Below are positions 43,161 to 56,500 of a stretch of DNA of 64,000 bases, piece by piece. Each line of letters opens with the position of its first letter. Positions within the stretch are counted from its first letter, which is position 1. A model generated the notes under the pieces. That model did no database searches. It was not told where the DNA came from and saw only the letters and a list, made by a program, of their open reading frames with translations. This DNA comes from Lama glama (Eukaryota), in assembly GCA_028534125.1 (NCBI GenBank), contig CM052824.1, forward strand, positions 61,008,001-61,072,000, read 5' to 3'. The position numbers and the translations under genes are program-made.

Positions 43161-45410
43161 TCAGCTCCGCACGCGGACTCGCCAGGAGTAGGTGCTGAGC
43201 ACGCGCTGCCGCCGGCGCACCACGCAGGTGTAGGTGCCCTCGTTGACGGCGTTGGCAATGATGCTCAGGTGCGCCTCGCCCAGCGCCAGGTAGCCGGGGT
43301 AGGAGAACTCCAGGGGCTCCTGGTCCTTGTACCAGCTGCGGGGAGGCGGAGCGCTGGGCAGGGTCCCATCCCCGGCCCCGCCGCCCACCCTTGGGCGCCC
43401 CGGGGGGGGGTCACTCACTACACTTTGCCTTTCTTATGGAGGATCTTCTGGCCACAGCGGAAGGTCACGTTCCTGCCCTCTGGCACCAGCCGGGTTTTGG
43501 TCCTGGGGGGCGGGGCGGTGGCGGCCACCGTGGGGAAGGGGAACTCTGCTTGGGCAGGGGGAGAGGCCACCTCAGCGCCTGACCCACGGCGCAGACCGGG
43601 TCGGGACGGGCACCCGACCACCCTCACCGTAGCAGAAGTCACAACTGCTGGGGCACAGCCTCTTCATGAGCCGCTGGCGGGCGTCGCAGAAGCCCCTCCG
43701 CGCCCAGGACGCACACACGAACAGCCGGTCTAGGCAGCCTGCAGGACGGCGGCCGAGTCAGGGCCTGCCCAGCCCCCAGCCCGCCCGCCCGCCCCCTGGC
43801 CCGGGGCACTGACCGTAGAGCCGGTGCAGCCCCCACATCTCGTCCTGTGACAGAGCCTTCCAGCCGCGCAGCGTGGCGTTGAGGTGCATGAGCGCCCGGC
43901 CGTGCTGAGAGTGCATCAGGCCCAGCGCGTGGCCGATCTCGTGGGCCGCCACGTGCACCAGGTCGGTGAGCCACACGCCTGCAGGCCCTGCCGGTCAGCG
44001 CCTCGGACCCCGGCCCAGCCCTCCTCCCTCCGCCCACCAGCCTTACTCCCCGCGGCCCGCACATCTGCGGCAGGGCAGGGAGCCTCCCTCGGCGCAGCCA
44101 TGGGAAGATAAGAATGTTCCAGGCCAGCGAGGCGGTGAGCTGGCCCCCAGGAATGCAGCTCCAGCTCCGGCGGTGTGGGGGTGGGGGGGCTTCAGGCTCC
44201 GGGAACCCAGGCCTCCAGGCCTCCTCACAGCCTTCCCCTCCCTGCATGCTTGAGCCCCATTGCAGCCACGACCCCCAAGACCACCCGCCCCAATGCCCAT
44301 CGTGGTGTGAGGGCCCCCCATAGGAGGCCAGGCCGGCCGTCACCTTTCTTCCAGCTGTAGCGCGTGGGGCCCAGGACCCAGTACTCGCTGTCGTCAAAGT
44401 GGATTCCGCCGTGCGGGGGGAAGAAGGCGTGGGCCAGCTCGCCCGTGGGGCCGTCGAAGCAGTGATGCAGCGGGGAGACCAGGCAGTCCGTGTGGTTGAC
44501 CGGGTAGAAGCCTGGGGGAGCATGGGGCTGAGAGGGGGCCTCGCGGCTGGGCGGGGGCAGGGGCACGGTGCCCACCTATGCGTAGGTCGCTGGGCTGCTC
44601 GGGGGCCACCTCGCGGAAGCTGAAGGGGGACACGTCACTCCACATGCGGAAGGCGGCGGCCAGGCCCCGCCGGGTCTCGCTGGGGCTCAGCAGGTTCCTT
44701 GGGAAGGAGAGGATCCTGGAGGGGAGGGAGAGGAGTCCAGGTCAGGGGTTGTGGCTAGGCTGCATCGCACCCCATCCCCCCAGGGCCAGGGTCGCACCTG
44801 TACGTGAGGTTAAAGTGGTCCCAACGCAGCCTGGCGGGGGTCAGGGTGTAGCGGCGTCTGCGAGGTGCCTGGGGGTGCAGTGGACCAAGGCTCGCGGGGG
44901 CTGGGACACCCGCGGGGTGGGGCGCAGCATCTCCCTTCAAGGGAAGCAAGTGCCCGGTGGGGAGGCAGCAGGGGCTGGCCCCAAGCCCGAAGATGCCAGG
45001 AAAAGGGACTGGAAGGAAATAGGGTGGGGGCCGCACGCTCCCGGCAGCGCTGACATTTTCTGGTGTTATACCCGGAGCGGGGTTACTTTAACCAGGAAAA
45101 AAAGGTTACTAAAAACAGGCCAGGTCAGAGTGGGCGGGGTTGGAGGCAGATGCTGCCTACTCCCCCCGCCCCACCGGCGGACACACGACCTTGCCAACAC
45201 CTGGGCCGCGGAGCCGGGCTGGACCCGCCCATTTCCCGAGCCCACTCTCACCTGTGCTGCGCTCGCCGCGGGCCAGGCCGCCGGGACCCCCGGCCGGGTC
45301 AGCAGCACGAGCGCGGGGAGGAGGCACAGCGCGCCCAGCACGGCTCCGAGCCGGCGGGGCCGGTCGCCGGTCCCCGACGCCTCCGAGGGGACGCAGGCCC
45401 CGCGGCCCAT
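43161..45410 (-). CDS. MMP23B: Matrix metalloproteinase 23, 393 aa
   Basis: Exons (minus) 45410-45252, 44934-44798, 44715-44576, 44511-44344, 43978-43814, 43738-43628, 43545-43419, 43335-43161; total 1182 nt. N-terminal TM anchor, furin site RRRR|YTL, zinc motif HEIGHALGLMH, ShKT domain (CLDRLFVCASWARRGFC...CPSSCDFC), C-terminal Ig-like domain. Confidence 0.97.
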
Positions 45411-45736
45411 GGCGCCTGCGGACTCGCTGTCGGGGCTCGGGGCAGCGGGGAGGCGCTATGGAGGCTCGGGTTACAGCTCTGGGGGGAGGGGGACACGCCC
45501 GGCCCTGAAGGGAACCAGCTGGCTGCCCGCTGTTGGGAGCACCCGCCCCCTCCAGCCGCGGGCGCGCGCGGGGACCTGGGCCTGTGGGTCGGTGGCAGTG
45601 GCCTGGGCAGGGCCTGCTGGGCGGGGTCACTTGGGTGTGGGGGGGGTGATGAAGGCCCCCGGACGCCAGGGAACGGACAGATGCCAAGGGCACAGGCTTA
45701 TGAAGGGGTAATCAGCTGGGGTCCCCAAACTCGCTG

Positions 45737-45768
45737 GGGGCTGAATGACTTGGGGCTGAATGACTTGG
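45737..45768. repeat. Perfect 15-bp tandem duplication (ggggctgaatgactt x2) upstream of MMP23B
   Basis: Units at 45737-45751 and 45752-45766. Confidence 0.93.
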
Positions 45769-47047
45769 CGGCTTTTCCCCCAAATGGAACCCCCTCAACC
45801 ACCGGACATAGGAGGAGACCAGGGAGTGGCACCTCCATCCTAGCCAGCTCAGGACACGTTCCCTGGCAGGCACTGGCCTGACAGGGACCCTGCGAGAGGG
45901 AAGGGACGCGGCGGGAGGGGACGTGGCAAGTGAGTACCCGGCTGAGGAAGAGGGAGGTGAGGGGCTGACGCCAGCAGAGGCAAGGCTTGAGGCGCCAGGA
46001 GGGAGGCGGGCCTGCAAGTGCCAGCGGAGGGACCCCGTGGGGGGCGAGTGAGGAAGGGCTCTAAGTGCGGGGGCGACAGCCATCAGAGCCAGGAATCCCC
46101 ACTCGGCTATCCCTGCGGAGGGGGTGCCGAAGTCTGAACCGTCCTGGTGGGGGCTGGGGGAACTGGTGTCCTGAGGTGGCTGACTCGACGGGACGGCCCT
46201 CAGGCTCCACGGGGCAGAGGAGCCAAGCCAGGTGGGATGTTGGCAAGGGTGCCTCTGGGCTGGGAGCACTAAGAGGCCCACCACGGCAGAGCGGACTCGG
46301 GGCAGGGAAGACGGGGTGGGGGCTGGGGGATTGAACCGAGAGAGAGGCGCCAGGCCAGACGAGGCCGGGGATGCTGGCCCTCCCCGCTCTCCATCCAGGC
46401 CTTGAGCCCAGAGTGACAGTGGTGCGCCAGGCCAGCAGGGTCAGCGCCAAGTGTCTGGCAGACAGCCGGGAGGCTCCGGGGGAGCATTTCGGGTGGTTCT
46501 TGGAAAGCGCCCGGCCACTGGACCAAGACGAGAACTGCGCCCCACTTCGTGGCCAAACATTTGTGCCAATAAACCGATCCTCTCCGCCCTGTGCCCTGCC
46601 CTCTTCCCAGGTCCCTGCTCTGCCTTCCCGTGCTCAGCAGTCCGGAGACCCTGAAGGGGGCGCCTGGCCTGAAACAGCTGCTTGGCCTCACTCTCCACTT
46701 AGCCAGGACCTCACAGCCTGCCACGAGACCAGGTCCTGCTTTGGCCAAAGCCTGTCTCTACAGCCGCCTCCAAGAGCAGGGAGGAGGCGCTGCTAGACTT
46801 TCGGCCCACCCAGACCTTCAGGAAGACAGACACGCGAGCCTGGACCCCATTCTTTCTGGCTCTGAGGCCGGGGTCCGGGCAGGAGTCTGGATCTGTGAAC
46901 CCTGGGAAGAAGAGCAGGACCTTCAGCCAAAGCGCAGAGCCCAGAGCTGGGCAAACCGAGTTAAGGGGTGGGTCAGGACAGCGCCGGGTAGGGGACCCGC
47001 GCGGCCCCACCCCAGGCAGGCAACCAGACGCAAAGTCAGTGGATCTT

Positions 47048-47053
47048 TTTATA
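47048..47053 (-). terminator. Probable MIB2 polyA signal, variant TATAAA
   Basis: The only AT-rich patch after the stop (about 77 nt), with a downstream ctttgcgtctggttg element. Confidence 0.55.
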
Positions 47054-47129
47054 AAACACTGGATAGGGGTGTGCAAAGGCGGCCGCAGGGCGTGGCCCCG
47101 GGACGAGGCGGACCCGGCGGGGGCGGGGG

Positions 47130-50100
47130 CTACACGAAGATCTGGATGCGGTCGCGGATGGGCTGGCGGCAAATGGGGCAGGCGCTAAGCGCAGCGCCAC
47201 AGGGCGCGCACGCGCCGTGGCCGCACTGGAACACGAGGCGGATGTGGCTGTCGATACAGATGGGGCAGGTGATGCGCTCCTCCATCTGCCGGTAGCGGCT
47301 CTGCAGCTCCTCCACCAGCTGCCTCGGCGGGCCGGGTGCGGGGGCCGCGCTGACCACCTCCGTGCCATCTGCGGGAAGGGGTGACGGGCCGTGGCCGCAG
47401 CGTAGAGCCGCGAGTAGGGGTGAGAGACACTAGTAGGGGGCGGAGCCGTGAGCAGCGGGCGGGGCGGGCGCCTGGGGGCGGGGCGGGCCGGGACTGGAGC
47501 GGAGCCCCACCTGGACGCAGCTTCTTGATGATGACCACCTGGCACCTGATGCACTTCTTCATCCTCCGCGAGCACTCTGCGGGGGAGCGCAGTTGAGCGG
47601 GGCTGCCCCGCCCGCACCCAGGCCCCGCCTGCCAGACTCTGGCACTCACCCTCGCACACCGTGCGGTGCTGGCACGGCGAGAACAGCACCAGCAGTGCCA
47701 GCTCCGAGCACACCAAGCACTCGGCGGCCTCGGGGCCCGACGGCGCCGGCACGTGCAGGTTGGTCACGGTGTTGGGGGCGCTGATCACCAGCCTTGGGCC
47801 CTGGGCCGCAATCCCGCCGCGGCCTGCCTGCCGCTCACTGAGGTGGGAGGAGGAGCTTGAAAGGGCCCTGGGCCGCCGGCCTGGCCCCGCCCCGCCCCGC
47901 CCGCCGGGCTCACCGGAAGCGCTGGGCACATCCCTGCAGGGCTTTGAGCACCCGACCCTCGGTGGCCAAGTCCAGCGGGCTCCGGCCGCGGTGGTTAGCG
48001 TAGCTCAAGTCAGCGCCTTCCAGCGCCAGGAAGCAGGCGACCGCCGCACCTGCCGTCAGCTCCACGTTGCCAGGAAGGCCTGAGGCCTGCAGCTGGGTGG
48101 TAGGACAGACGCTGGTGAGGGTGGGCACGGCAGAAACGCTGGCCTGAAAGGAGCCCCGGTTGGCACTGGGCTGCACAGGCCCGGGCACCCCTCCCTGTCC
48201 AGGCCGCTGACCATAGACAGGGAGATAAAAGGCCCTGGCCAGGCAGCTCCGGGGGTAGGGACTGAGTCCTGACACTCTCTCTGCACATACCGCGGCCCAA
48301 CCCCATTGGGCCCTACCCCCTTCCCCAGGCCAGACAGGACCACACACCCAGGAACACTGGCCACACCGTGGTGACCAAGATATGAGAAGATGCCTCCAGC
48401 AAACCACCGTGGCCCAGGCTGCACCACCCTAAGAGGGCCTGGCTCCCTGGACCATCCCTGAAGGTGCAGGTGGACAGAAGTCAGACCCTACCCAAGCCTG
48501 CAGCCAGACGCCATAGCCCTCTCCAGCACCCAGAGTCCCACTTCCTCACCCTGGACAGCAGCTGCAAGGGCCCTGGGTCCCCCCCGGCCCCATCAGCCAC
48601 CAGGGGCAGCAGCTGATGACGCTGCAGTGCCACATGCAGCGCCGTATCCCCCTCCTCATCTTCGGCATTGACGCTGCAGCCCGCGTCCACCAGCAGCGGC
48701 ACCAGCCCTACATGGGCCTGCTGCACGGCCAGGTGCAGTGGAGACTGGAGCTTCCGGTTGCGAACATTCACATCACAGCGGCCCTGGGGAGGGCGGTGGG
48801 CACAGGCTCAGCCCCGGGACCCCAGTGGGCCCTGACTCCCCCGTCCCTGGGCCGGCCCAGGACCCCGTGCCTGCACCTCTCTGATGAGAACCTGGGCCAC
48901 CTCCCAGTGGTTGTTGAGGGCGGCCAGGTGCAGTGCCGTGAATCCGTCCTCTTTCTGGGCATCCACCAGCTGCCGGGCCCGTGCCAGGATCCTCTTGACA
49001 GCTCTGCGGGAGCAGCGACGCGTCAGGGGCAACCCTGGACTGGCCTGGCAGCACGGCAGGAGCCCGTGCCCACCCTACACTCACAGCGTGTGGCCTTTGA
49101 GGGATGCGTGGTGCAAGAGGGTGAAGCCTTGGCTGTTAGTGGCAGTGATGTCAATGCCTGGCACCTCAGTGAGGACCTCCACGATGCCACTGGCGGCACT
49201 GCCCGCCGAGATGGCGCAGTGCAGGGGCGTGTTGGCGTGAGCATCCTGTCGGTGGACCAGCAGTCACTTGGCAGGAAGGTCACTGTCTCCTTGACCCCAG
49301 GGACAGGGCCAGGGGACCCAGCACTCACAGGCAGGTTGACGTCACAGCCACGCTCACACAGGACCCTCACCACCTCCAGGAAGCCCCTCTGCACGGCCAC
49401 GTGCAGTGCTGAGCTCCGGGTGCCATTAAGGGCGTTAGCCCCGCAACCTGAGCTCAGGAGCACCAGAGTGGCCTCTGGCTGGTTCCTGGAGAAAGAGGAA
49501 GCAGGAGACGAGCTGTGTCCACCCTCTAGACCTGCAGGCCCAGCCTACTGTGCTCTGCCCCGGGCCTCACCCCAGGGCTGCATAGTGCAATGCCGTGTTG
49601 CCTTCATCATCTGCCAGGTCCACGCCTGCCCGCGCCTGCAGCAGCAGTCGAACCAGCTCTACCTGGCCGAGGTAGGCCGCCACCTGCAGGGCAGTCCTGC
49701 CCTGGTTCTTGGTGTCCACCTGCCGGGAGAGGCAGCAGCAGGTTAGCCCCTGGGCCCCCACCCCTCCCAGGGGCTGGCCGGGCCTGAGAAGAAGCGGGGC
49801 CTCAGGAGCTCGCCTGCTCTGGGTGCCTCCGCAGCAGGTCCAGAGCCCGGGCCACGTTGCCCAGAGCCACCTCCACCACCAGCCTCCCTGGGTGCTCCAG
49901 GTCACTCTTCTGGGCTCGAAGTTTGTCCAGAACGAGGCTCAGGGAGCCTGGGGAGGCGGGGCTGAGGTTAAGTGGTGGCGGGGCAGCCCCGCCTCCCACC
50001 GGCCACGCAGCCAGCCACCCTCACTTTTGTTCTCCCTGGCGCGCTCGGCCACATCTAGGTTGGCATCCTCCTCCGGCCGGTAGGCCACCAGACAGCAGGG

Positions 50101-53100
50101 GCTGAAGGTCCACAGCTGACCGCCGACTGCCACACGCAGGTTTCCGTCTCCGAAAACCTTCACCACCTTCCCGATGCGGCCCAGAGCCTGAGGGGGGTAA
50201 GAGGGCAGGGTCACGGGCAGGTCTAGGGTGAGAGAGGGAGGCAAACGTGGGGGTGGGGGACTCACTGGGGCCATATCATCTGTCCACTCGCCATGCCCGG
50301 CCTGCAGCCGCTTCACTGTGTCAAGGTCGTCAATGACCCGCACCACGTCGCCCACCCAGAAGGAGTTGTGCTGAGTGAGAGAAAGGCACGTGAGGGGCTC
50401 TGGCAGGTAAGGGTGCCCCCATCCAGCTCCACAGGACAGGCCCGAACAGGACCCCACCCCTGCCGGAAAGCATGATCAGAGGAGTGGGCTGGACAAGGCA
50501 ATGGGGACCTGGGCAGCATCCGCCCGACAGAAGCCAGGGTGCCCTTTCCCTGCACACTGATGGGGGAGGGGCATGGCCAGGCCCAGACTAGCCTGGTTCG
50601 GGAAGGGCGGTGCCCAGGATTGAGCCTGTTCCTCCTCCCACCAAGCCTTTCCAAGCAACTTCCTCCACAGCTTGCCCTCACCTGCACAGAACTCACTGTA
50701 CAAACCCTGTCCTGTGACCCTACCATACCCCTTTCCTGAAGGCCTGCAGGTGTCCCAGTTCCAGAGCTGAGCCGGGCACACCCCCTCGAGGGGCCTGTCC
50801 TCTGCCCCAGGGCCCATCAGTGGATGCTCTGCCGCCTGCCTGCCTCCCCTCTCCTCCATTGCCTGTCCGAGAAACTGTCTCCCAACACCCACCCCATCCC
50901 CACTGCCCTGAGCCCAGTGTCCACCCCCGTCCTAAGCGGCCCTCCCATCTTTCTTCCTGCACCCACAGGAAGTATTCTAGAAAATCAGCCCAACCACACC
51001 ACCTCCTGCCTTTGAGGCCGCAGTGGCTTCCTCTGCTTGCCCCAGCTTCCAACAGCTTCCCGTGTCACGCCTTGCATGTTCTGACACCTGGATCCCCTCC
51101 CCATAGAACTAATCGTCTCTGGACCCCATTAGGCCCTCCCTTCTTCCTTCAAGGCTGGGCAGGGGGCACAGAAGTGGGCGGAGGGACTCAGCCCAGCCCC
51201 CATGCACCTTGGTGAGAGCCCCAGGGTGGAAGGTCCAGCGGGTCTTGTGGTGGAACTGCACACGCACGTCCCCGCGGTCCGTGATGCGGTGCACGGTGCC
51301 CGTCTGTCCGATAAACTGTGGCGGGTCGTGGAGGCTGTGGCTGGTGGAGCAGGAGGGCTGGGGGTCCAGAGAAGGCGGGGAGGGAGGGCACAGGGGGCTC
51401 AGCGGGTGAGGGGGCTCACCTCTGCCATCCTGGGGTTCCAGCCACCATGGCCTTCCTGCATGTCCCTCAGGATGTCTGTGTCCAGCAGACACTTAACCTT
51501 GTCCCCAGGCTGGAAGGGCTGGCCATCAGCACTCACCCGGCGCTGCAGCTCTGCGGGCTTGCCTGGGGGGCAAGGCGGTGGGCCCAGCTCAGGGGCTACC
51601 CCTCCATGCCCCTGTCTACCCAGTGCTGCCCCTGAGGCTCAGCCACGCAGAGGGCAGCTGGGGGTTGTTGGTGGGGCCCACCCGTACCGAGCCTCGGGAG
51701 ATGCTCCCTGTAGTAGAAGCCGCCGGCCGCCTCACCCACACACTTGAGGTCCACCTTGCCCTTGTGGCCCACGCGGTACACATTGGTGGTGCCGTCGGCC
51801 CACGTCACGCTGGCCACGCTCCGGCCCGTCTCAACATCCCAGCCACGGATGTCCACCACTCGTCCTGACTTCCCTTCCCCTCCTGGGAGACAGGGCCCCG
51901 CCAGCAGGCTCAGCCCATGCTCAAGGGTGAGCCACCCCGGCGGCAGCCATGCCCCACCCCCAACCCGGGCCTCCCACTCACCGTCCTGGGAACCCCATTC
52001 CCAGTCGGGGCCCCGAACCACCTTCGCCCCCTGGAAGATGCCCCTTAATGGGATCCTTGGGAGGCCCTGGCGGGGACTCAGTGTGACCCTGCAAAAGAGA
52101 GTGAGTCCCGGGCCATGAGGGTGGTGCGATGGTGCAGGCCCTCCATGCTCCTCTACTCTTGCTCCCGCTCCCGGGGGCTGCAGCCGGGGCCCCAGCTCCC
52201 AGCTCTCCCTTGGGACAGCTGGCACAGCAGGTCAATGCCCCTCACCCTCTGGGCCCAGACTGACTCTGCTGACTGCATCCCTCCCAGGGACCTTCTATGA
52301 CACCAGGCTGGAGCGGGACCCCAGGCCCCCGTCACAGCACGGCCTCTGGTGCGGTCACACCACATCTGTTGCCTCCTGGTGAGCTGAGGGCCCTGTGGGA
52401 GCTGTCTCTGGAGCTCGGTGCAGGGCTCAGCACGTGGGGTGGGAGGAAGAATGCAGACTTGGTCAGAGGCACCCAGACAGCTGAGACCAGCTCCCACCCC
52501 GGCCAGTGGGCAGCTGGGATGTGGAGCACACAGGGAGTGTCAAGGAGGCGAGGGCAGGTGTGTGCCTCTGGGTGCCCATCCTGGCCCAGCAGATTCTTCC
52601 CCAGTCTGACCCCCCTCCACCGACCACAGCAAAGGAACCTCTCAGCCAGGCCAAAAGCACCCCCACAGCGGGTGCTGGCTGCACACCCTGCACAGGCGGC
52701 CCTCAGAGTCCTGGCCATGGCAGCACTGGGGAGCCACTGCAGAGCCTAGCTCTACAAGCGGGCCAGACAGACGACCCATCCACAGCACCAACCCCCGCAT
52801 GTCTGCTCCGTGGACAAGGCGGCCTCTGCTGCAGGGGGTGGGGGCTGGCGTCAGCACCCAGGCCACTGGCGTGACTGTGCCCCTGGCCAGTCTTTGAGGA
52901 AATGGCTCAGGAAGGACTCAACCTGTACCCTGGGGAGTGGTCTGGCCGGTGTGGCCGGGACGTGAGCCCGCAGGCAGGCCCCGCCCACTCGTGGAGACCG
53001 GGGGACTCACGGGCGCGAGTGGGCCGTCTCGTAGCGCTCGAAGGCGTGGGCCAGGTCGTGCTTGTTGTGCATGTAGCACTGCGTGCACAGGTCGTAGTCG

Positions 53101-53508
53101 AAGCAGACGCGGCACTTCCAGCGCATGCCCCGCAGCCCGTGCTTCTTGCAGCAGTCGCAGATGATGTTGGGGTGGCGGACGCCTGGGGGTGGGCAGGATC
53201 AGGGGGTGCCAACGCGGCCCCGCCCCCGCCCGGGCCCCGCCCCTCGGCCCGCACACCGCACCGATCTGGGCGTTGTCATAGAGCAGCAGGTCGTGAGCGC
53301 CCTGGTAGCCTGCGCGGTAGTTGGTGCGGGTCCCGTGGTCCCACTGCACGACCACCGTGCGATCCGGGGTGGAGGGGCTTCCGTGGCGGCCGAGTTCCAC
53401 CACCGTGCCCACACCGCCCTCGCCGCCGTCCTGCTGGCCCCACTTCCAGTCCACGCCACGCACCACACGCATGCCCACCTGCACGCCGGCCTGGGGGTCT
53501 GGTTCCAT
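47130..53508 (-). CDS. MIB2: E3 ubiquitin ligase mind bomb 2, 957 aa
   Basis: Exons (minus) 53508-53262, 53182-53011, 52088-51982, 51882-51688, 51562-51420, 51315-51208, 50370-50266, 50187-50025, 49947-49814, 49719-49571, 49485-49329, 49245-49085, 49003-48877, 48783-48550, 48092-47914, 47837-47650, 47576-47511, 47368-47130; total 2874 nt. MIB/HERC2 domains ([15 protein letters not shown]), ZZ finger, mib repeats, ankyrin repeats, two RING fingers, end RDRIQIFV*. Start context gccgccATGG. Confidence 0.97.
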
Positions 53509-56500
53509 GGCGGCCGGGACCTGCAGGCAGAGGGCACCCTCAGGCCACATCAAGAAGGCAGCACAGGTTTGCACTGGTTCCAGGAGGGCTGCCAGGGAGA
53601 GCCAAATGGGACAGGATGAGGGGGAGAGAGAGGTGGGGAGGAGAGCACATTGTGCTAGAGACAGGAGGGGGCCCACGTGGCCATGGCCAGCAGCGAGGGA
53701 GACCAGCTGCAAAGACAGAGGCAGTCCATCCTGGAGGAAGGGTGGGACACCTCTTTGGAAAGGCCCCTCCCATGGCTAGGAGCCCCTGCCCTGTGGTGAG
53801 CTGGAACAGAGGTGTTGGGTGATCCTGGTGAGAGGACACTGGGCCCCCAGGGAGCCAGGGGATAAGCCCTGGTGGGAAGGTTGGGCTAGGCAGAGGCTGG
53901 GCTGGTGCTAGCAGATCTGGGTCTGGGTGGTTGGCGTGCAGTAAGCCACCAATATATAGCTGCATAGAAATGAGTGGATTTGGATTGCAGAGAGCAATGC
54001 GAAAGGTAAGACAATAAAACTTTCCAGAAAAAGCGCTTTCTTTCTGCAGACAATTGATAAACTGGGCTGCACTGAAGTTAAGACTGGAAAGGCAGCAATG
54101 CCTGGGAGGATGCCCCACAAAGGCCCTGTGCCCAGAGTTTGTAGAGGGCGCCGCAGATCCCACACATAAGGCTGACAGCCCAGCAGAGAACAGACAAAGG
54201 CTGGAACAGGTGCCGCCAACCGATAACACACGGGGCCTGGCGCTGCCCACAGCTGCAGGCCAGTGGCCAACGCTGCGTGGTCACTCTGGGCCCCACTGCT
54301 GGGCCCGCCCTGGAGAACTGTGGCTTAGCAGCTCCAGGTGTGCACTGTGCACAGCAGTGCCTACCCGGCTTTGCTCAGAGGTGTTCTGGGTTGTGACAAG
54401 TGATTTACCTCCAAGGGAATCCAAACCACAGTCCCACATGTGGTGAAGCTCACACAGGATGTTGAAGGAAAGCAGTCACACGCCCACTATCTACTCCATT
54501 TACAGAAAAGCTCACACAGCCCAGGGCTCCAGAGTCGGGAGACGGCAGCAGAGGCAGCCATGGTGGGCTTCGATGGGAAACGTGCCATTTCCTGATCTGG
54601 GTACTGGTGACACACAGGTTCCCTTTGCAAACTTGGATCACTTACAACCTGTACCTCTCTGTATCATGTGGTTCCTCAGTGAAGGTTTTTAACAACGTGA
54701 AGGGATCAGAAACAGCTAAGAGGGAAAATCCACAGAAACTGAAGAGGGAGAAGGCTCCCTGGCTCTGGGGCACGAGGGCAGTCCTGCTCCAGCTTCGGAG
54801 ACTGAGCCTGCACAGGGACGCAGGCTCTGCGGGTGCATCTGGACCCTGGCGCTGGGGAAGCAACCTGCCTACAGCATGGCTGGGGGTGAACCCGCAGTCT
54901 GGCTACAGAGCTGTGGGTGAGCGGGAGACCCTGAGGCTGGCCGGGGTACAGCCAGACCCTGTTAGTGCCCAGTGGCCCTGTGAGGCCCAGGGCTTGGCCA
55001 GCAACAAGGGAGTAAAACCACATGTCACTCGTGCACCTGGGCCCTGCCCCACCCCAACCCCGACACGCAGCCCAGGCCAGGCCAGCTCAGAACATACACA
55101 GGTCCAGCAGAGACTGCAGGTGAGCAGCAGCGGGGCTTTGCCCCCAACTCACCCACCAAACAGCGGCAAGAGCCTGAGCCCACAGGTCATCTGACGTCCA
55201 CCCTCTGCCCACCCCCACCAAGAGGCCCAAGCCCAGCACAGGATGGGCGGAGGTGGGGCAGTGCCCACAGGGCTCAGCTCTTGGTCCGGGCCCAGCCTGA
55301 GCGTCCACATGAGCCTTCACAACCTCAGCGCTGCGAACCACTCGTGCAAATCCCTTCCCTCCCGGGCAGGCGCCTGTGACTACTCCGTCCTCGCCTGCCC
55401 AGGACCTCCAGGGGTTCCAGACAGGCATGGATGTTCAGGAAGGATGAGCCTTCCCAACTGGATGGCGGGTCTCCTCGGAGACACTGCTCAGTGCTCGTTC
55501 GCCTGCACGGCCTCCCTCCACTGCCACCTCTCAGCTGCCCTCCTGGTCTCTGGACCCTGGGAAGATCGGGCACCAAGGCCTGAGGACACAGCAGCTCCAG
55601 CACCAAGGGCCTCTTTGTCCTTCCTGCCACAGCAAGAATGGCCATGGCAGAAGGCCACACAAGGCCTGTGGCTCTTCAGTGCCAGCGAGCCCCAGACAAG
55701 AGAGGGTCCTGAGGGCTGCCACCCTGGCAGTCAGGTGTGGTGGACCGTCCACACATGGCCTCGGCCTCCTGTCTGGAGCCTCTCCGTCAGAAGCTGTCAC
55801 AAAAGCCTGAATCAGGCAGAGCAGCGTGGCCTGAGCCAGTGGCCTGGTGACCGAGGGGCAGCACCGCCCTGAAGGCACAGGTCCCATCCCCCACCCTGCC
55901 AAGCTGCTGACCTCAGCCAGACCCGCACGCCCTCTGCCCTGCGGGAGCCCACCTGGAACCAGTGGCGGCGGGTGGGTAGAACTGAGCTGCCCTCACCATT
56001 CCTTCCCACGTGTCCCCGCTGACCTAGTCCAGGCAACCAGAAACCCGAACAAGTGTGGGCAGACAAGCCCAATGAGACAGCCCTCGTAGCAGGGGGCACC
56101 CTATCTGCAGGGCGCAGAAACCGGCCCTGCACCGACATAAAGGGGCAGGAAAGGACCCTAGTCCCATGAACCAACCCTGCAGTCAACCTGCGGCCAGGGT
56201 GGCAGGTCTTCTGTCTGTGAACCCAGCTTCTCAGCCTGCCTGGCCAGCTGCCACACCTGCCCTCCTGCTAGCCTTCTGATCCACTGGCCACGTGCTGCGG
56301 GACCATCTCCAACAAGACACGGGGTGGGGGTGGGGGCGGGACACCGTAAGCAGGAGAGCAAGCATGGCCACTGCCTGGCTCTGCCCTCAGGGGATTGGGC
56401 AGAGAACAGACAGTAGGGGAGGATGGTGCCCAGCAGGGTTATGGGAAATCAGGGCCAAATCTCAGCCAGCAAGACTGTGGGGAACAAGGTAAGGTCATCA

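Noticed and set aside
44578-45711. 377-aa plus-strand ORF
   Set aside because: Antisense shadow of MMP23B exons 1-3 in very GC-rich DNA; low-complexity G/R/P/A composition and no recognisable domain.
48616-49746. 376-aa plus-strand ORF
   Set aside because: Antisense to MIB2 ankyrin exons; stop avoidance is explained by GC content and opposite-strand codon bias.
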